Below are positions 9,407 to 19,771 of a stretch of 64,000 nucleotides of DNA, piece by piece. Made by a program: the position numbers and the translations under genes. The stretch lies in assembly GCA_965248445.1 (NCBI GenBank), contig CBDFJG010000001.1:32001-96000 (forward strand), in the 5' to 3' direction. The stretch is from Planctomycetota bacterium (GTDB taxonomy: Bacteria > Planctomycetota > JAJSAM01 > JAJVHW01). A model generated the notes under the pieces. The model was not told the origin of the DNA. It was given only the letters and a program-made list of their open reading frames with translations, and ran no database searches. Within the stretch, counting starts at the first letter, position 1, and every line of letters begins with the position of its first letter.

Positions 9407-10397
9407 CTAGATCCAGCACCGGCAGCCCCGCCTCGCGCGCCAGCTTCACCACTTGGTCGTGGCACGGCTGGAGCGGGTAGTCGTCGAGCCGGAACATCAT
9501 CGGATAGACGACCAACCCGACACCGACGTCGCGGTAGCTCGCCATGCGCCGGAACTGCGCGGAGAGGGCCGACAGGTTGTCCGCGTTCATGGCCGGGTCG
9601 TACGCGTCGAGATACGAGCGGACGGTGGCGCTCGTGACGTCGCGCACGGCCGAGGTCTCCGCCAGATACGCCGTGACGCGGAACACCCGCTGGTACCAGG
9701 GTCGCGCCGCGCCGGACGGCCCCAATTGCGCAGCGCGCAGATTGACGAGGTCATACGCGCCGTCCAACGGCTCGCGCATCGCCGCAGTCAGCTCCACGTC
9801 GTTCAGGTTGTAGATGACGAGCGCCCGCGGACAGTCGTAGGTCGTCGCCATCCACTCGAGCCGTTCCACGTTGAGTGCTGCGTTCGCGCCGCTCTCGCCA
9901 CAGTTGAGGAACTCGACCCGTGACCCCAGCAAGCCCTGGAGGTGTGCGAAGAGCGTCTTCTCGACCGGAACGCCCTCGCCCAACGCGAACGAGTCCCCGA
10001 TCCCGGCGAAGCGCGTGACACCGGGCGACGGGTGCGCTCCCACCCCCGCTCCGCGCACGCCGAGACTCTCTTGCCTGTACTCCACGCACCATGGCGTGTC
10101 CGTGAGCGCCGAGAGCGGTGCCTCGACAGTCGGCGAGAGCAACTGGGTCAGCTTCCAGCGCCCGCTCGAGACGTCGGGCACGGGCTGGAACTCCCCCGAC
10201 GGGTTTGACGGGAAGCAGTGATACGTGACGCTCGGATCGTCGGCGCTCTCGAGCAGGCACTTCGGCACCGACGGCGCGCCGAGCCCGGCCAGCCGGAAGA
10301 CGATTTCCGTCAGCAGCAGCGCCAAGACGACGCCGAAACAGACGGCGCCGACGCGCCGCCCGACGCCGCCCGACCGCCCGACCTCGTTCACGCGCAA
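9407..10397 (-). pseudogene. SGNH/GDSL hydrolase, 5' part, interrupted by IS
   Basis: TM helix, GIGDSFALGEG, LNCGESG, YNLND; reading breaks at ...GLPVLDL where the IS begins. Confidence 0.85.
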
Positions 10398-10436
10398 AGA
10401 CTACCGGAGACGGAGCCGCAACGGCGGCGTCCGCAC

Positions 10437-12818
10437 TCAGATCGTCGGGCCGGCGCCCGGCTGCAGGTTCGTCGTTCGCCAGTAGGCGTCCGCGCGCGCG
10501 ACCGCCAGGTGAAGCAGCGAGTTCTCGGGGTAATCGCCGTCCTCGGGACGGACGCCGGCCACCTTGCCGGTGAGCACTTCGAGGGCCTGGAGCACCGTGC
10601 CGACCGCGTACACGGCGAAGTCGCCCTCGCGGCAGGCCTCGACGATGTCGTGGCGCAGCATCAGGTCACCCGCATTGCTCTCCGGGATGAGCACACCCTG
10701 GTCCCCGGTCAGGCCGCCTTCCGAACTTGCGCAGACGTCGTAGAAGCCCTCGACCTTCTCGTTGACGCCGCCGATCGCCTGGACGTGTCCGTGCTGGTCG
10801 ATCGCACCCGTCATCGCGAACGACTGCTTGATCGGGACCTCTGTGAGCGCCGACAGCAAACAGCAGATCTCCGCTCCGGAGGCCGAGTCGCCGTCGATGC
10901 CTCCGTAGCTCTGCTCGAACGCAAGCGACGCGCTGAACATGAGGGGATGCTCGGGGTGCAGCAGCGTTCGCAGGCAGCCGCCGAGGATGTGAAATCCCTT
11001 CGTGTGGATCGAGCCGGACAGCGCCGCGCGGCCTTCGATGTCCACGATCCCGGCATTTCCAGGAGAGATCGACGCCGTGATGCGGGCCGGGAACCCGTAA
11101 GTGATCGGACCCGCTGTGAGGACGGCCAGCCCGTTGATCTGGCCGATGGCTACGCCCGACGTCTGCACGCGGATGGTACCGCGCCGGATCATCTCCTGGA
11201 ACCGGCGGGACGGCAGCGACGCGCGCTCCTTGGTGCGGCGCACCGTCTGCACGATGTGATCGCCCGTGACGACATCCGCACCGGCCTTGCCCGCGATGAA
11301 CGCCGCCTCCCGCGCGATGTCCACCACACGGCCCAGGCGCGCTGTGACCTTGTCCGGACTCGCGGCAATGCGCGCGCCGTGATCGACGAGCGCCGCCACC
11401 GCGACCTTGTCGAACGGCGGAAGCTTCTCCGCTCGCGCCACACGGGAGAGGACTCCGGCGTACGCGGTCGCCGCACCCTCCCTGGGCATGCTCGAGTCGA
11501 AGTCCGCCAACACCTTGAAGAGACTGGAGAAGTCCGGTTCGACACCATCGAGCATGTAGTACGTGCGGCCGTCGCCGACCAGGATCACGCGCAGCTTCAC
11601 GGGGATCGCGTCGGGCTTGATCATCGGCGCGCCGAACGGATTGATCGTATCGTGCGGGACGATCTCTAGACGGTCCGCGCGCAGCGTCCGCACGAGTGCC
11701 TGCCATGCGCCCGGCTCGAGGAGCACGTCCCGTGCGTCGAGGATCAGGTAGCCACCGTCGGCGCGCAGCACGGCGCCGGCGCGGATGCCCATGTGGTCCG
11801 CGGTGACGCCGCCCTGGCGCGTCCACGTGCGCTCGACCGCCCCCATCAGATTGACGACACTCGGGTTCGTCTCGATGACCACCGGGCAACCGTCGTCACG
11901 GCGAGTGCGCACGACGTTGACGGCGTAGCGCAGCGTGGGATCGTCGCTCGCGGTCTCCTCACCCAGACGGTCGACGACGTCGTCGATCACCTCTTCGAGG
12001 AAAGCGGCCACGTCGGTGCCGGCGAACGCCTCGCGGATGGGACTGGCCAGAGACGACAGCGCGGCGCGCACCTCCGACTCGTGCAGCTCCCGCAACGCCT
12101 GCATGTTCGTGCGCCGCAGCTTCTCCACGGATCGCGTCACCTCTCCGAGCCGGCGCTGCAGGTCCTCGCGCTTCGTCTCCCAGGCCTGCCACGACTCGTC
12201 GTCGACCTTGCCCTCTTCGTGCAGCTTCTCGAATTCGTCGGGCGGCACAGGCTTCCCGTCCGCCAGCGGGAACACGGTCGGGCGGGAGACCGGGCCGACC
12301 TGCAGTGAGACGAGTCCGAGTCCGGCTTCGTCGACCTCCGTCTGGAACGGTCCGGTCACGCCCTCGAGTTGGGTGGCCGCGCGCTTCTCGAGCGCCTCGC
12401 GGCGGGCGCGAAGGCCGTCGGACTCGAGCACCTGGCCGAGGCGCTCGGAGACGAACTCCGCGAGCTCGTGAACGAGGCGCCGCAGACGAGGCGCGCTCCC
12501 TGCCGGAACGGTCAGCAAGCGCGGGCGACCCGGGTCCTCGAAGTTCCGGACGAAGCAGCGATCGGGCGCGTCCGAGCATGACGGGCGGAGCTCATCGAGG
12601 ATCTGCGCGATGAGCGTCATGCGGCCGGTGCCGGTGATGCCGCGCACGTACACGTTCTGGCCGGGCGCATCGCACTCGATGCCGAAGCGCAGCGCTTCGA
12701 CGGCGCCGGGCTGCCCGACTACCCCCAGCTCATCCGCGACGTCGGCCGTCGTCTCGAACGGCAACGTGCTTGGATCGCAACGCCAGCGAAGAGCCTCGGT
12801 TGGGAGCGGGTCGTGCAT
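10437..12818 (-). CDS. Lon-like protease (LonC / AAA_32 plus S16 protease domain)
   Basis: LRWRCDP N-terminus, degenerate Walker A GITGTGRMT, GQINGLAV, FEQSYGGIDGDSAS (catalytic Ser), IGGVNEKVEGF (Lys). Confidence 0.9.
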   Translation of the reverse strand: MHDPLPTEALRWRCDPSTLPFETTADVADELGVVGQPGAVEALRFGIECDAPGQNVYVRGITGTGRMTLIAQILDELRPSCSDAPDRCFVRNFEDPGRPRLLTVPAGSAPRLRRLVHELAEFVSERLGQVLESDGLRARREALEKRAATQLEGVTGPFQTEVDEAGLGLVSLQVGPVSRPTVFPLADGKPVPPDEFEKLHEEGKVDDESWQAWETKREDLQRRLGEVTRSVEKLRRTNMQALRELHESEVRAALSSLASPIREAFAGTDVAAFLEEVIDDVVDRLGEETASDDPTLRYAVNVVRTRRDDGCPVVIETNPSVVNLMGAVERTWTRQGGVTADHMGIRAGAVLRADGGYLILDARDVLLEPGAWQALVRTLRADRLEIVPHDTINPFGAPMIKPDAIPVKLRVILVGDGRTYYMLDGVEPDFSSLFKVLADFDSSMPREGAATAYAGVLSRVARAEKLPPFDKVAVAALVDHGARIAASPDKVTARLGRVVDIAREAAFIAGKAGADVVTGDHIVQTVRRTKERASLPSRRFQEMIRRGTIRVQTSGVAIGQINGLAVLTAGPITYGFPARITASISPGNAGIVDIEGRAALSGSIHTKGFHILGGCLRTLLHPEHPLMFSASLAFEQSYGGIDGDSASGAEICCLLSALTEVPIKQSFAMTGAIDQHGHVQAIGGVNEKVEGFYDVCASSEGGLTGDQGVLIPESNAGDLMLRHDIVEACREGDFAVYAVGTVLQALEVLTGKVAGVRPEDGDYPENSLLHLAVARADAYWRTTNLQPGAGPTI

Positions 12819-12873
12819 GTGGATCTCCGTCTCGCTCCAGCGCCGCGAGGTTGTCACGGCGTTCCCCCGTCCG

Positions 12874-15800
12874 TCAACGCAGGAGCAGCTCCAGATCTTC
12901 AACCGTGAGATTGCGCATCATCGCGTTGTCCTCGGTCAGGAGGGCGGCGACCAACTCACGTTTCTTCTCCTGCAACTCGAGGACGCGTTCCTCGACGGTG
13001 TCGCGGCAGACCAGACGATAGGCCATCACGCGACGGGTCTGCCCGATCCGGTACGTGCGGTCGATCGCCTGCGCCTCCGCTGCCGGGTTCCACCACGGGT
13101 CCAGGATGAACACGTAGTCCGCGGCGGTCAGGTTGAGGCCGAGTCCACCCGCCTTCAGGCTGATCACGAACACGGGGCACGCGTCGTCGTTCTGGAACCG
13201 ATCGACCGCGGCGCGGCGGTCCCGCGTCTTCCCGTCGAGGTACTCGTGCACGATCCCCGCCTTGTCGAGGCGGTCGCGAACCAGCGCCAGGAACGACGTG
13301 AACTGGCTGAACACCAGTGCCTTGTGTCCCTCCTCGACCACCTCCGTGAGCATGGGCAGAAGCGCATCGAGCTTGCCGCACTCCTCGTCCTTGCGCGTCA
13401 CGTCGAGGAGGCCCGGATGGCACGCGGTCTGCCGCAGGCGGAGCAGCGCTTCGAGCACGTGCATCCGGGACGTGGGAACCACCTCCCCGCCGCCGCGCGC
13501 CAGGAGCGACGTCCGGTAGTGGCGCGCCAGCTCGCGGTACGACCGCCGCTGCCGCGGGGTCATTTCGCAATGCAGAGTCTGCTCGGTCTTCGGCGGCAGG
13601 TCCTTCGCGACCTGCTCCTTCGTGCGTCGCAACAGGAAAGGCCGCAGTGCGCGAGCCAGCAGTGCGCGTCCCTCGCGGTCGGTGGACGCGGCGCCGCGTC
13701 GCGAGATCATCCGACGGAACGCGGACGACCGCCCGAGCATGCCCGGGTTCAAGAACTCGAACAGTGACCACAGTTCCTCGAGGTGGTTCTCGATCGGCGT
13801 TCCCGAGAGTGCCAGCTTGTGCCGTGCCCGCAGCAGGCGAGCCGCGCGGGCGACCTGCGTGGACGCGTTCTTCACGGCCTGGGATTCATCAAGCACGGCG
13901 TAATCGAACTCGAGCGCCGACATCAACTCGCCGTCGCGGCGCAGCACGCCGTAGGTCGTGACGATCAGGTCGTGCTTACCAGCGTCCGCGAGATGCTTGC
14001 GGCGCCCGGGTCCGCTGTAGTCGAGGACCTTCAACTCGGGGGTGAAACGGGCGGCTTCGTCGATCCAGTTGAAGACGACCGAACGCGGTGCGACGACGAG
14101 CGACGGCGGCCGCTTCGTGTCGTCGGCCCGCCGCGCCTCGAGCAGCGCGAGCACTTGCACCGTCTTGCCGAGACCCATGTCGTCGGCGAGGCACCCGCCG
14201 CAGCCGAACTGCCGGAGGAAGGCGAACCACGCCAACCCCTCGCGCTGATACTCGCGCAACTCGCCTTGGAACGTGGGCGGTTCGGTGCCCGGTGCGATGC
14301 CGTCGAACGAGGCGAGCGCAGCGCGGAACTGCTCGAACTCGTCGTCGGTGGTGACGTCCGCGTCGCCGGCCACCAGAGCGTCGAGCAGCCATCCCTGGTG
14401 ACGGCCGAAGCGCAGCGCGTCTCCGTCCTCCTCTCCTAGAATCCCGAGCAGTGCCAACCGTCTGGACAGATCCGCGGGGAGCATGCCCTGCGAGCCGTCC
14501 GGCAACGGGACGACGGTCGCGCCATCGCGGGCGGCTCGCAGCAGGTCCGGCAACTCGACGGATTGGTCGTCGAACTCGACCGCGCCGCGCAGCTCGAACC
14601 AGTCGATCCCCGACGTGACCCCCCCGGACAGCGTGCCCGCGGTGCGGCGGCGTCGGCCCGCGACGGAAACCGTCCAGCCCGCTGCCAGCAGGCGCTCGAG
14701 GAGCACGGATGCCGCAGGGGCCGCGAGCGATATCTCGCCCAGGTCCGCCCCGTCCTCGACGCGCGCGGAGACGTCGGAGAGGACCTCGCCCAGCAGGACC
14801 GCCTCGCCCTCCCGGTCCCGGATCGTCGGCGGACCGTCCTCGGCCGGCTGCTCGGCGTCCTTCTCGGAGACGCGGTTGTCATCGCCGTCCTCACCGTCCC
14901 CAGTGGCCGCAGTGGGTGCTCCCACGGGGAGCACGGCCCGGAGATCGCCGGCGGCGATCCGGTGATCGCCGTACTGGAAGTACACACGTCCGACGACCGC
15001 GCCGCCCGCCCCCGGCGACTGATCCACGTCGAGATGGCCTGTGGGTGCCGGGGCAATGGAGAGGGGCGCGCCGTCTATGTGCACTGCCGGCAGCGCGGGC
15101 AAAGCGAACAGCGCCGTCGTCAACTCCGGTGCGTCGGCCGCCGGCGCGCGCAACGGGCCCTCGTCGAGCAGGGAGCGCAACACCGAGCCGGCGCCGCCTG
15201 TGTCGAGCGGCGCGATCCGCCGGTCCACGATCGCGAGCCCCTCCGCGATCACGAGATCCGCATCCTCGATCGGCAGATCGCGCTCGCCGCGCACAAGGCG
15301 GCCGCACCCGCGCACCTCGCCCTCGGACGTGCGGACGTCGAGGACCAGGGTCCACGCGCCCTCCTCGTCCCACGAGAGCGCGTCGAGTTCCTCGCCCCGC
15401 GGTTCCTCGTACAGAAGGCGCCCGGTGCGACACAGCGCAGGAAGCGTCAGAACCGCGTGCGGCGGCGGGAGCAGGAACGCGTCAACGCGTGCCGACTCGT
15501 CGCGGTACGCGGATGCGCCGCGCAGAAGCGCCAACAGCGTCCGATCCGTGGGATCGAGCGGGACGGGGTTGTCCCGTTCGGCCCCGGAGAGAGCGCGCGT
15601 GGTGCCCCATCGCCCGCTCCGCAGACGCCGCCGCAGGAACGCGTTCACGGCGAGACCGCCACCGCGACGGGTGCGGCGCCGGTCCAGCACGTAGAGGATC
15701 TGCAGGTCTCCGCGCACCGCGCCGGCGCCGGGCAGTTCTCCCCGCCGAGCCGCAGCGGCCAGCTCGGACCTCACGCCGATGAGGCGGCCCTCCCAGTCGC

Positions 15801-16128
15801 TGCCGCGCGCCTGCGCCGCGTCGGGGGTGGACACGACCCGACGGTCTCGCAGAGACGGCAGCCCGGCACGGTCCGCCTCGACGATCGCTGCCCAGATGTG
15901 CGCGCAGGGCGTGCCGCGCGCCCAGGAGTCGCAGGTGCACGCGAGCGTCGGCGCGTCCTCGAAGGGCACGCGCGCAGTCACCGAGTGCGCGCCGTCGTCA
16001 GCCACGGAGGCCTCGAGTTCCTCGTCCGCAAGGCGCAGCAAGGTCACGGCACGCCCCGACAACAACGCACGTGCGCGACGGCGCACCGTGGGTGGAAACA
16101 TGGCGACGAGACGGGCTGGTAGCGGCAT
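12874..16128 (-). CDS. SWIM zinc-finger SNF2-family helicase
   Basis: CTC...PCAH SWIM motif; LREYQREG, LADDMGLGKT, LDESQAVKN, LSGTPIENHLEELW, ISLKAGGLGLNLTAAD, DPWWNPAAEAQAIDR. Confidence 0.93.
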   Translation of the reverse strand: MPLPARLVAMFPPTVRRRARALLSGRAVTLLRLADEELEASVADDGAHSVTARVPFEDAPTLACTCDSWARGTPCAHIWAAIVEADRAGLPSLRDRRVVSTPDAAQARGSDWEGRLIGVRSELAAAARRGELPGAGAVRGDLQILYVLDRRRTRRGGGLAVNAFLRRRLRSGRWGTTRALSGAERDNPVPLDPTDRTLLALLRGASAYRDESARVDAFLLPPPHAVLTLPALCRTGRLLYEEPRGEELDALSWDEEGAWTLVLDVRTSEGEVRGCGRLVRGERDLPIEDADLVIAEGLAIVDRRIAPLDTGGAGSVLRSLLDEGPLRAPAADAPELTTALFALPALPAVHIDGAPLSIAPAPTGHLDVDQSPGAGGAVVGRVYFQYGDHRIAAGDLRAVLPVGAPTAATGDGEDGDDNRVSEKDAEQPAEDGPPTIRDREGEAVLLGEVLSDVSARVEDGADLGEISLAAPAASVLLERLLAAGWTVSVAGRRRRTAGTLSGGVTSGIDWFELRGAVEFDDQSVELPDLLRAARDGATVVPLPDGSQGMLPADLSRRLALLGILGEEDGDALRFGRHQGWLLDALVAGDADVTTDDEFEQFRAALASFDGIAPGTEPPTFQGELREYQREGLAWFAFLRQFGCGGCLADDMGLGKTVQVLALLEARRADDTKRPPSLVVAPRSVVFNWIDEAARFTPELKVLDYSGPGRRKHLADAGKHDLIVTTYGVLRRDGELMSALEFDYAVLDESQAVKNASTQVARAARLLRARHKLALSGTPIENHLEELWSLFEFLNPGMLGRSSAFRRMISRRGAASTDREGRALLARALRPFLLRRTKEQVAKDLPPKTEQTLHCEMTPRQRRSYRELARHYRTSLLARGGGEVVPTSRMHVLEALLRLRQTACHPGLLDVTRKDEECGKLDALLPMLTEVVEEGHKALVFSQFTSFLALVRDRLDKAGIVHEYLDGKTRDRRAAVDRFQNDDACPVFVISLKAGGLGLNLTAADYVFILDPWWNPAAEAQAIDRTYRIGQTRRVMAYRLVCRDTVEERVLELQEKKRELVAALLTEDNAMMRNLTVEDLELLLR

Positions 16129-16168
16129 CAGACCAAGCCAGCGATGCTAGCTCGGACCGCTAGCTGTC

Positions 16169-17977
16169 CTAGCGAGCGATGAGCAACTCGTGGATAAAGC
16201 GGAGCGAACCGACGTCGAGGCTATGCACGTGCGGCTCCAGCAGCGACGCGAGAGGCAGCGTCTCTTCCGTCACGAGCAGGCGTCCGACTGCGGACACACA
16301 CGCCGCGCGCACCAGATCTGGGCGGCTCTCCCCGACCCGCGACGCCGCGAGCAGCATGTCCAGCGCGCCTTCGTCCTCCGCGGCACCGAGACCCATCGCC
16401 GCTGAAGCGCGGGCAAGGATCGAGTCCGACTCCAGGAGCGTCTTGCGCAGATGGACGCGACCTCGGGGATCACCGAGCCGCGCCAGCGAGACGGCGAGCG
16501 TCGTTCGCAGCCGCGGATCGGCGGCGTCGACCATGCGCGCGGCGAGCTCGTCGGCCGCGCCCATGTCGCCGATCATGACGAGCGCCTGCGCGGCGTAGCC
16601 CGGCGACCAGAAGCGGCGATTGCGACCGATCTCCTTCGTGAGCAACGGCACGGCCGGGCGGTCGGCGAGCAGACCCAGCGCCAGTGCGTACGACGCCTGC
16701 AAGCTCTCCTCGTGATCGTGCTCGACGAACGACTTTCGGATCAGTGGAGCGGATGCCGGATCGCCCTGGAGTCCGAGCGCGAGTGCGCGATATGGCCGGT
16801 CGAAGTCGTTCGTCTTCGCGAACAGCGAGACCAGTTCGTCGCGCACGGCGTCGCCCCGGATTCCGCCCAGCGACAGAACGGCCAGCGACTGGGTCCCGGC
16901 GTCGCGATCGCTGCGGGCGGCGTGGATCAGGACGTTCACGCCACGTACGTCGTCGATCGTGAGGAGGTTCCCGAGAGCGACCGCACCGGCTCGCCGCAGC
17001 GACGACTGCGGTGCCGCCAGCAGCACGGCGATCGCATCTTCGATCGCCTCACGATCCCCGAGCGCGCCGCGCCCTGTCAGCGCGAACGCGCGCACCGCAG
17101 GACGCACGTGTTCGTTCGCATACGCCTGCCGGAGCGGCAACACCGCTTCGTTGCGACCGGATGCGGCGAGGCCGATGAGCGCGGCGGCGGCGACACCCGG
17201 CTGCTCGCGATCGAGGGTCTTGCCCTCCGGATCGGCCAGCAGCGTCAGCGTCTCGACCGCGGGTGCCGTGCCGATTGCTCCGAGCGAGATCATTGCGAGG
17301 GCCCGGTCGCGCGGCGCCGCCTTGCGGTCCTTGGCGATGCCGTGCAGGAACAGAACCGCGTCCTCGTGTCCGCGCAGTCCCAGGGCGACGAGCGCCACCT
17401 GGCGCACATCGGGACTCGCGTCCTTCTCGACCAGATTGCGCAGCGCAGGGCCGGCTTCGGCGTCACGGGCTCGCCCGAGTGCCAGGGCGGCGGACGCGCG
17501 CACGTCTGCCGACGTGTCGTCGAGCGCGGCGCGCAGCACGGGCAACGCACGGTCGCGCAGTTCGTCCGTCGTCGGCCCTGCGGCGTCGCGCGCTGACGGC
17601 GTGATGTCGAGTGGAGACAGTTTCCGGGCCGGGCCCACGAAGCGCGGCCGGTGCACGGCCCACCAGTACTCCCACGCGTTGCCGGCCAGCGGTGCGTCCG
17701 CGATCGCGCTCGGCAGGCGGGCCGTGCGCGGCGTGATCGCGGGCGGTTCATCCCGCGAGCGCCCTGTGACCGCCGGACCGGACGACGGCATGCCGGGCGG
17801 CACGCCTCCCGTGAGCGCCGGAACGCCGACGCCGGGCGATCCCGTCGGCAGCGGAATCCCGTCCGACGTCTTGGGGCCCTGGTAGTAACCGCCGTGCGCG
17901 AGCGCCGGCGGCGCCAGCAGCGCAGCCAGCGCGATGGCCGTGAAAGCGCCGATCCGTCTTTCCGACAGATGCTGCAT
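16169..17977 (-). CDS. Exported HEAT-repeat protein
   Basis: Signal peptide ending ALA-HGGYYQGP, Pro/Gly linker, WEYWW, repeated D....VR..AALALG units. Confidence 0.8.
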   Translation of the reverse strand: MQHLSERRIGAFTAIALAALLAPPALAHGGYYQGPKTSDGIPLPTGSPGVGVPALTGGVPPGMPSSGPAVTGRSRDEPPAITPRTARLPSAIADAPLAGNAWEYWWAVHRPRFVGPARKLSPLDITPSARDAAGPTTDELRDRALPVLRAALDDTSADVRASAALALGRARDAEAGPALRNLVEKDASPDVRQVALVALGLRGHEDAVLFLHGIAKDRKAAPRDRALAMISLGAIGTAPAVETLTLLADPEGKTLDREQPGVAAAALIGLAASGRNEAVLPLRQAYANEHVRPAVRAFALTGRGALGDREAIEDAIAVLLAAPQSSLRRAGAVALGNLLTIDDVRGVNVLIHAARSDRDAGTQSLAVLSLGGIRGDAVRDELVSLFAKTNDFDRPYRALALGLQGDPASAPLIRKSFVEHDHEESLQASYALALGLLADRPAVPLLTKEIGRNRRFWSPGYAAQALVMIGDMGAADELAARMVDAADPRLRTTLAVSLARLGDPRGRVHLRKTLLESDSILARASAAMGLGAAEDEGALDMLLAASRVGESRPDLVRAACVSAVGRLLVTEETLPLASLLEPHVHSLDVGSLRFIHELLIAR

Positions 17978-18256
17978 TTCTGTCCCCGTCTCCCAGTCGA
18001 ACTGGCGACGCCCCGCTGACAGGGTAGCAGCGCCCGGCAGGACGTCTGCGTCGCCGGATGACTGCGGTGTAACGTCCGCCCGTGGCCCGTGCACGTCTCG
18101 TTCTGGCCTCACATTTGGACCATCCCGCTCACGGTGCTCGTGGGCGTGGCGATCGGGTGGCTCCTGCGGTCCCAGTTGCCGGATCGCTGACACTCTGCTG
18201 CCGCCGAGACTGGACCGCCGAGAACTGGGCCGCCGCTGCCTGGTGAACGATGCGAG

Positions 18257-19738
18257 CTACGCTCGGACGCCGACCGCCTGCTTGCGGAAACGCGCCGGCG
18301 CCGTGCCGTGCGACATCTCGGCGGTCTGCATCGGCTGCCCCTTGCCGCAGTTCGGCACTCCCCACAGCACCCAGTCCGACGGTCCGCAGACCGCGTCGCA
18401 CGCGTTCCAGAACTCCGGCGTGATGCCCTGATACGTGGGGTTCTTCAGAAGGCGCCCGGTCTTCCCGTTCTTGATCTCGCGGCCGTACTCGCAGGTGAAC
18501 TGGAAGTTCAGGCGGCGCTGGTCGATGGACCAGCACTTCACGCCGTCCATGAAGATGCCGTCCTCGGTGTCCGCGACGAGGTCGGGGAGCTTCCAGTCCC
18601 CGGGCATCAGCGAGAGGTTCGAGATCCGCACGATCGGCACGTTCCACGGGCCTTCGGCACGGCTGCAGCCGCGGCTCCGTTCATTTCCCTCGAAGTGCGC
18701 GACGTCGCGCGATGTCTGGTAGGCCTCGAAGCGTCCGTCGCGCACGACGTGCCACCGCTGGCTGCGCACGCCGTCATCGTCGTAACCCACCGTTGCGAGG
18801 CCGGCCGGCACCGTCGCGTCCGCGACGAGATTGACGACGTCGCTTCCGTAGCGGAAGCCGTCGAGCTTGCCGGTGTCCACGAACGAACCGCCGGCGAAGT
18901 CGCGCTCCCAGCCCTGCACCCGGTCGAGCTCCGTAGCGTGACCCACCGATTCGTGGATCTGCAGCGCCAGTTGGTTGCCCGCCAGGATGATGTCCTTCTC
19001 GTCCACCGGGCATGGATCGGCGGTCAAGAGCTCGATCGCCTCTTCGCGGCACCGTTCGGCGTTACCCGGCAGGTCGAGCGCGTTGACCAACTCGTACCCC
19101 ACCGCCATGAAGTTCCCGCCGAACGCGTTCGGGTAACTGCGTACCTGCGTCTCGCCGTGCGCGTGCGCCATGCACGAGATCCCGGCGCCGCTTCGCAGGA
19201 TCACCTGCTCGATGTCCGCTCCCTCCGAGGAGAGGAACACTTGGTGCTCCCGGCGGAAGCTCATCGACGACTTCGTCGCGGACACAGCGTCGTGGTCGCG
19301 CAGAATCGCGTCCGCGCCTGTGAGCGTCTCGAGTTTGCGCTCCAGCGGGATCTGGAACGGATCGATCAAGTAGGTCGACGTCCAGACGTCGCGGTGCGCC
19401 GCCTCGCCGGCCCAGCGGATGCGGCCGGGACCGGCCCGGCGGCCCGCCCGCGCCAGCCGCACGGCGAGCCGCGCGACGCGTTCCACCTCCTCCGGGGTCA
19501 CGTCGAAGCCCGAGGCGAACCCGTGTGCACCGTCTACGAGCACGCGTATGCCGAAACCGAGGGTCTCGACCTGCTCGAGCTGCGCGACGATGCCGTTGCG
19601 AACCGCCAGGTCCTCGGTCTCGACGCGCCCGACACGAGCGTCCGCCCACGTCGCGCCGAGGGACGCCGTCACGTCGAGCGCACGGCGGCCCAGTGCGCGC
19701 CAGGCGTTGCTCTCGGTCTTCGTCGTGCTTGCGATCAT
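18257..19738 (-). CDS. tldD: TldD-family metalloprotease subunit
   Basis: LQIHESVGHATELDR (HExxGH), YDDDGV, PIVRISNLSL, NCGKGQP.Q....SHG. Confidence 0.9.
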   Translation of the reverse strand: MIASTTKTESNAWRALGRRALDVTASLGATWADARVGRVETEDLAVRNGIVAQLEQVETLGFGIRVLVDGAHGFASGFDVTPEEVERVARLAVRLARAGRRAGPGRIRWAGEAAHRDVWTSTYLIDPFQIPLERKLETLTGADAILRDHDAVSATKSSMSFRREHQVFLSSEGADIEQVILRSGAGISCMAHAHGETQVRSYPNAFGGNFMAVGYELVNALDLPGNAERCREEAIELLTADPCPVDEKDIILAGNQLALQIHESVGHATELDRVQGWERDFAGGSFVDTGKLDGFRYGSDVVNLVADATVPAGLATVGYDDDGVRSQRWHVVRDGRFEAYQTSRDVAHFEGNERSRGCSRAEGPWNVPIVRISNLSLMPGDWKLPDLVADTEDGIFMDGVKCWSIDQRRLNFQFTCEYGREIKNGKTGRLLKNPTYQGITPEFWNACDAVCGPSDWVLWGVPNCGKGQPMQTAEMSHGTAPARFRKQAVGVRA

Positions 19739-19771
19739 CGGAGTCTCCGAAGGGTCAGAAGTCCGCCCGAA

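Noticed and set aside
1..9410. Duplicated IS as an assembly artefact or composite transposon
   Set aside because: The copies differ at two bases, and copy 2 has its own CTAG duplication inside a reconstructable gene, so it is an independent insertion.
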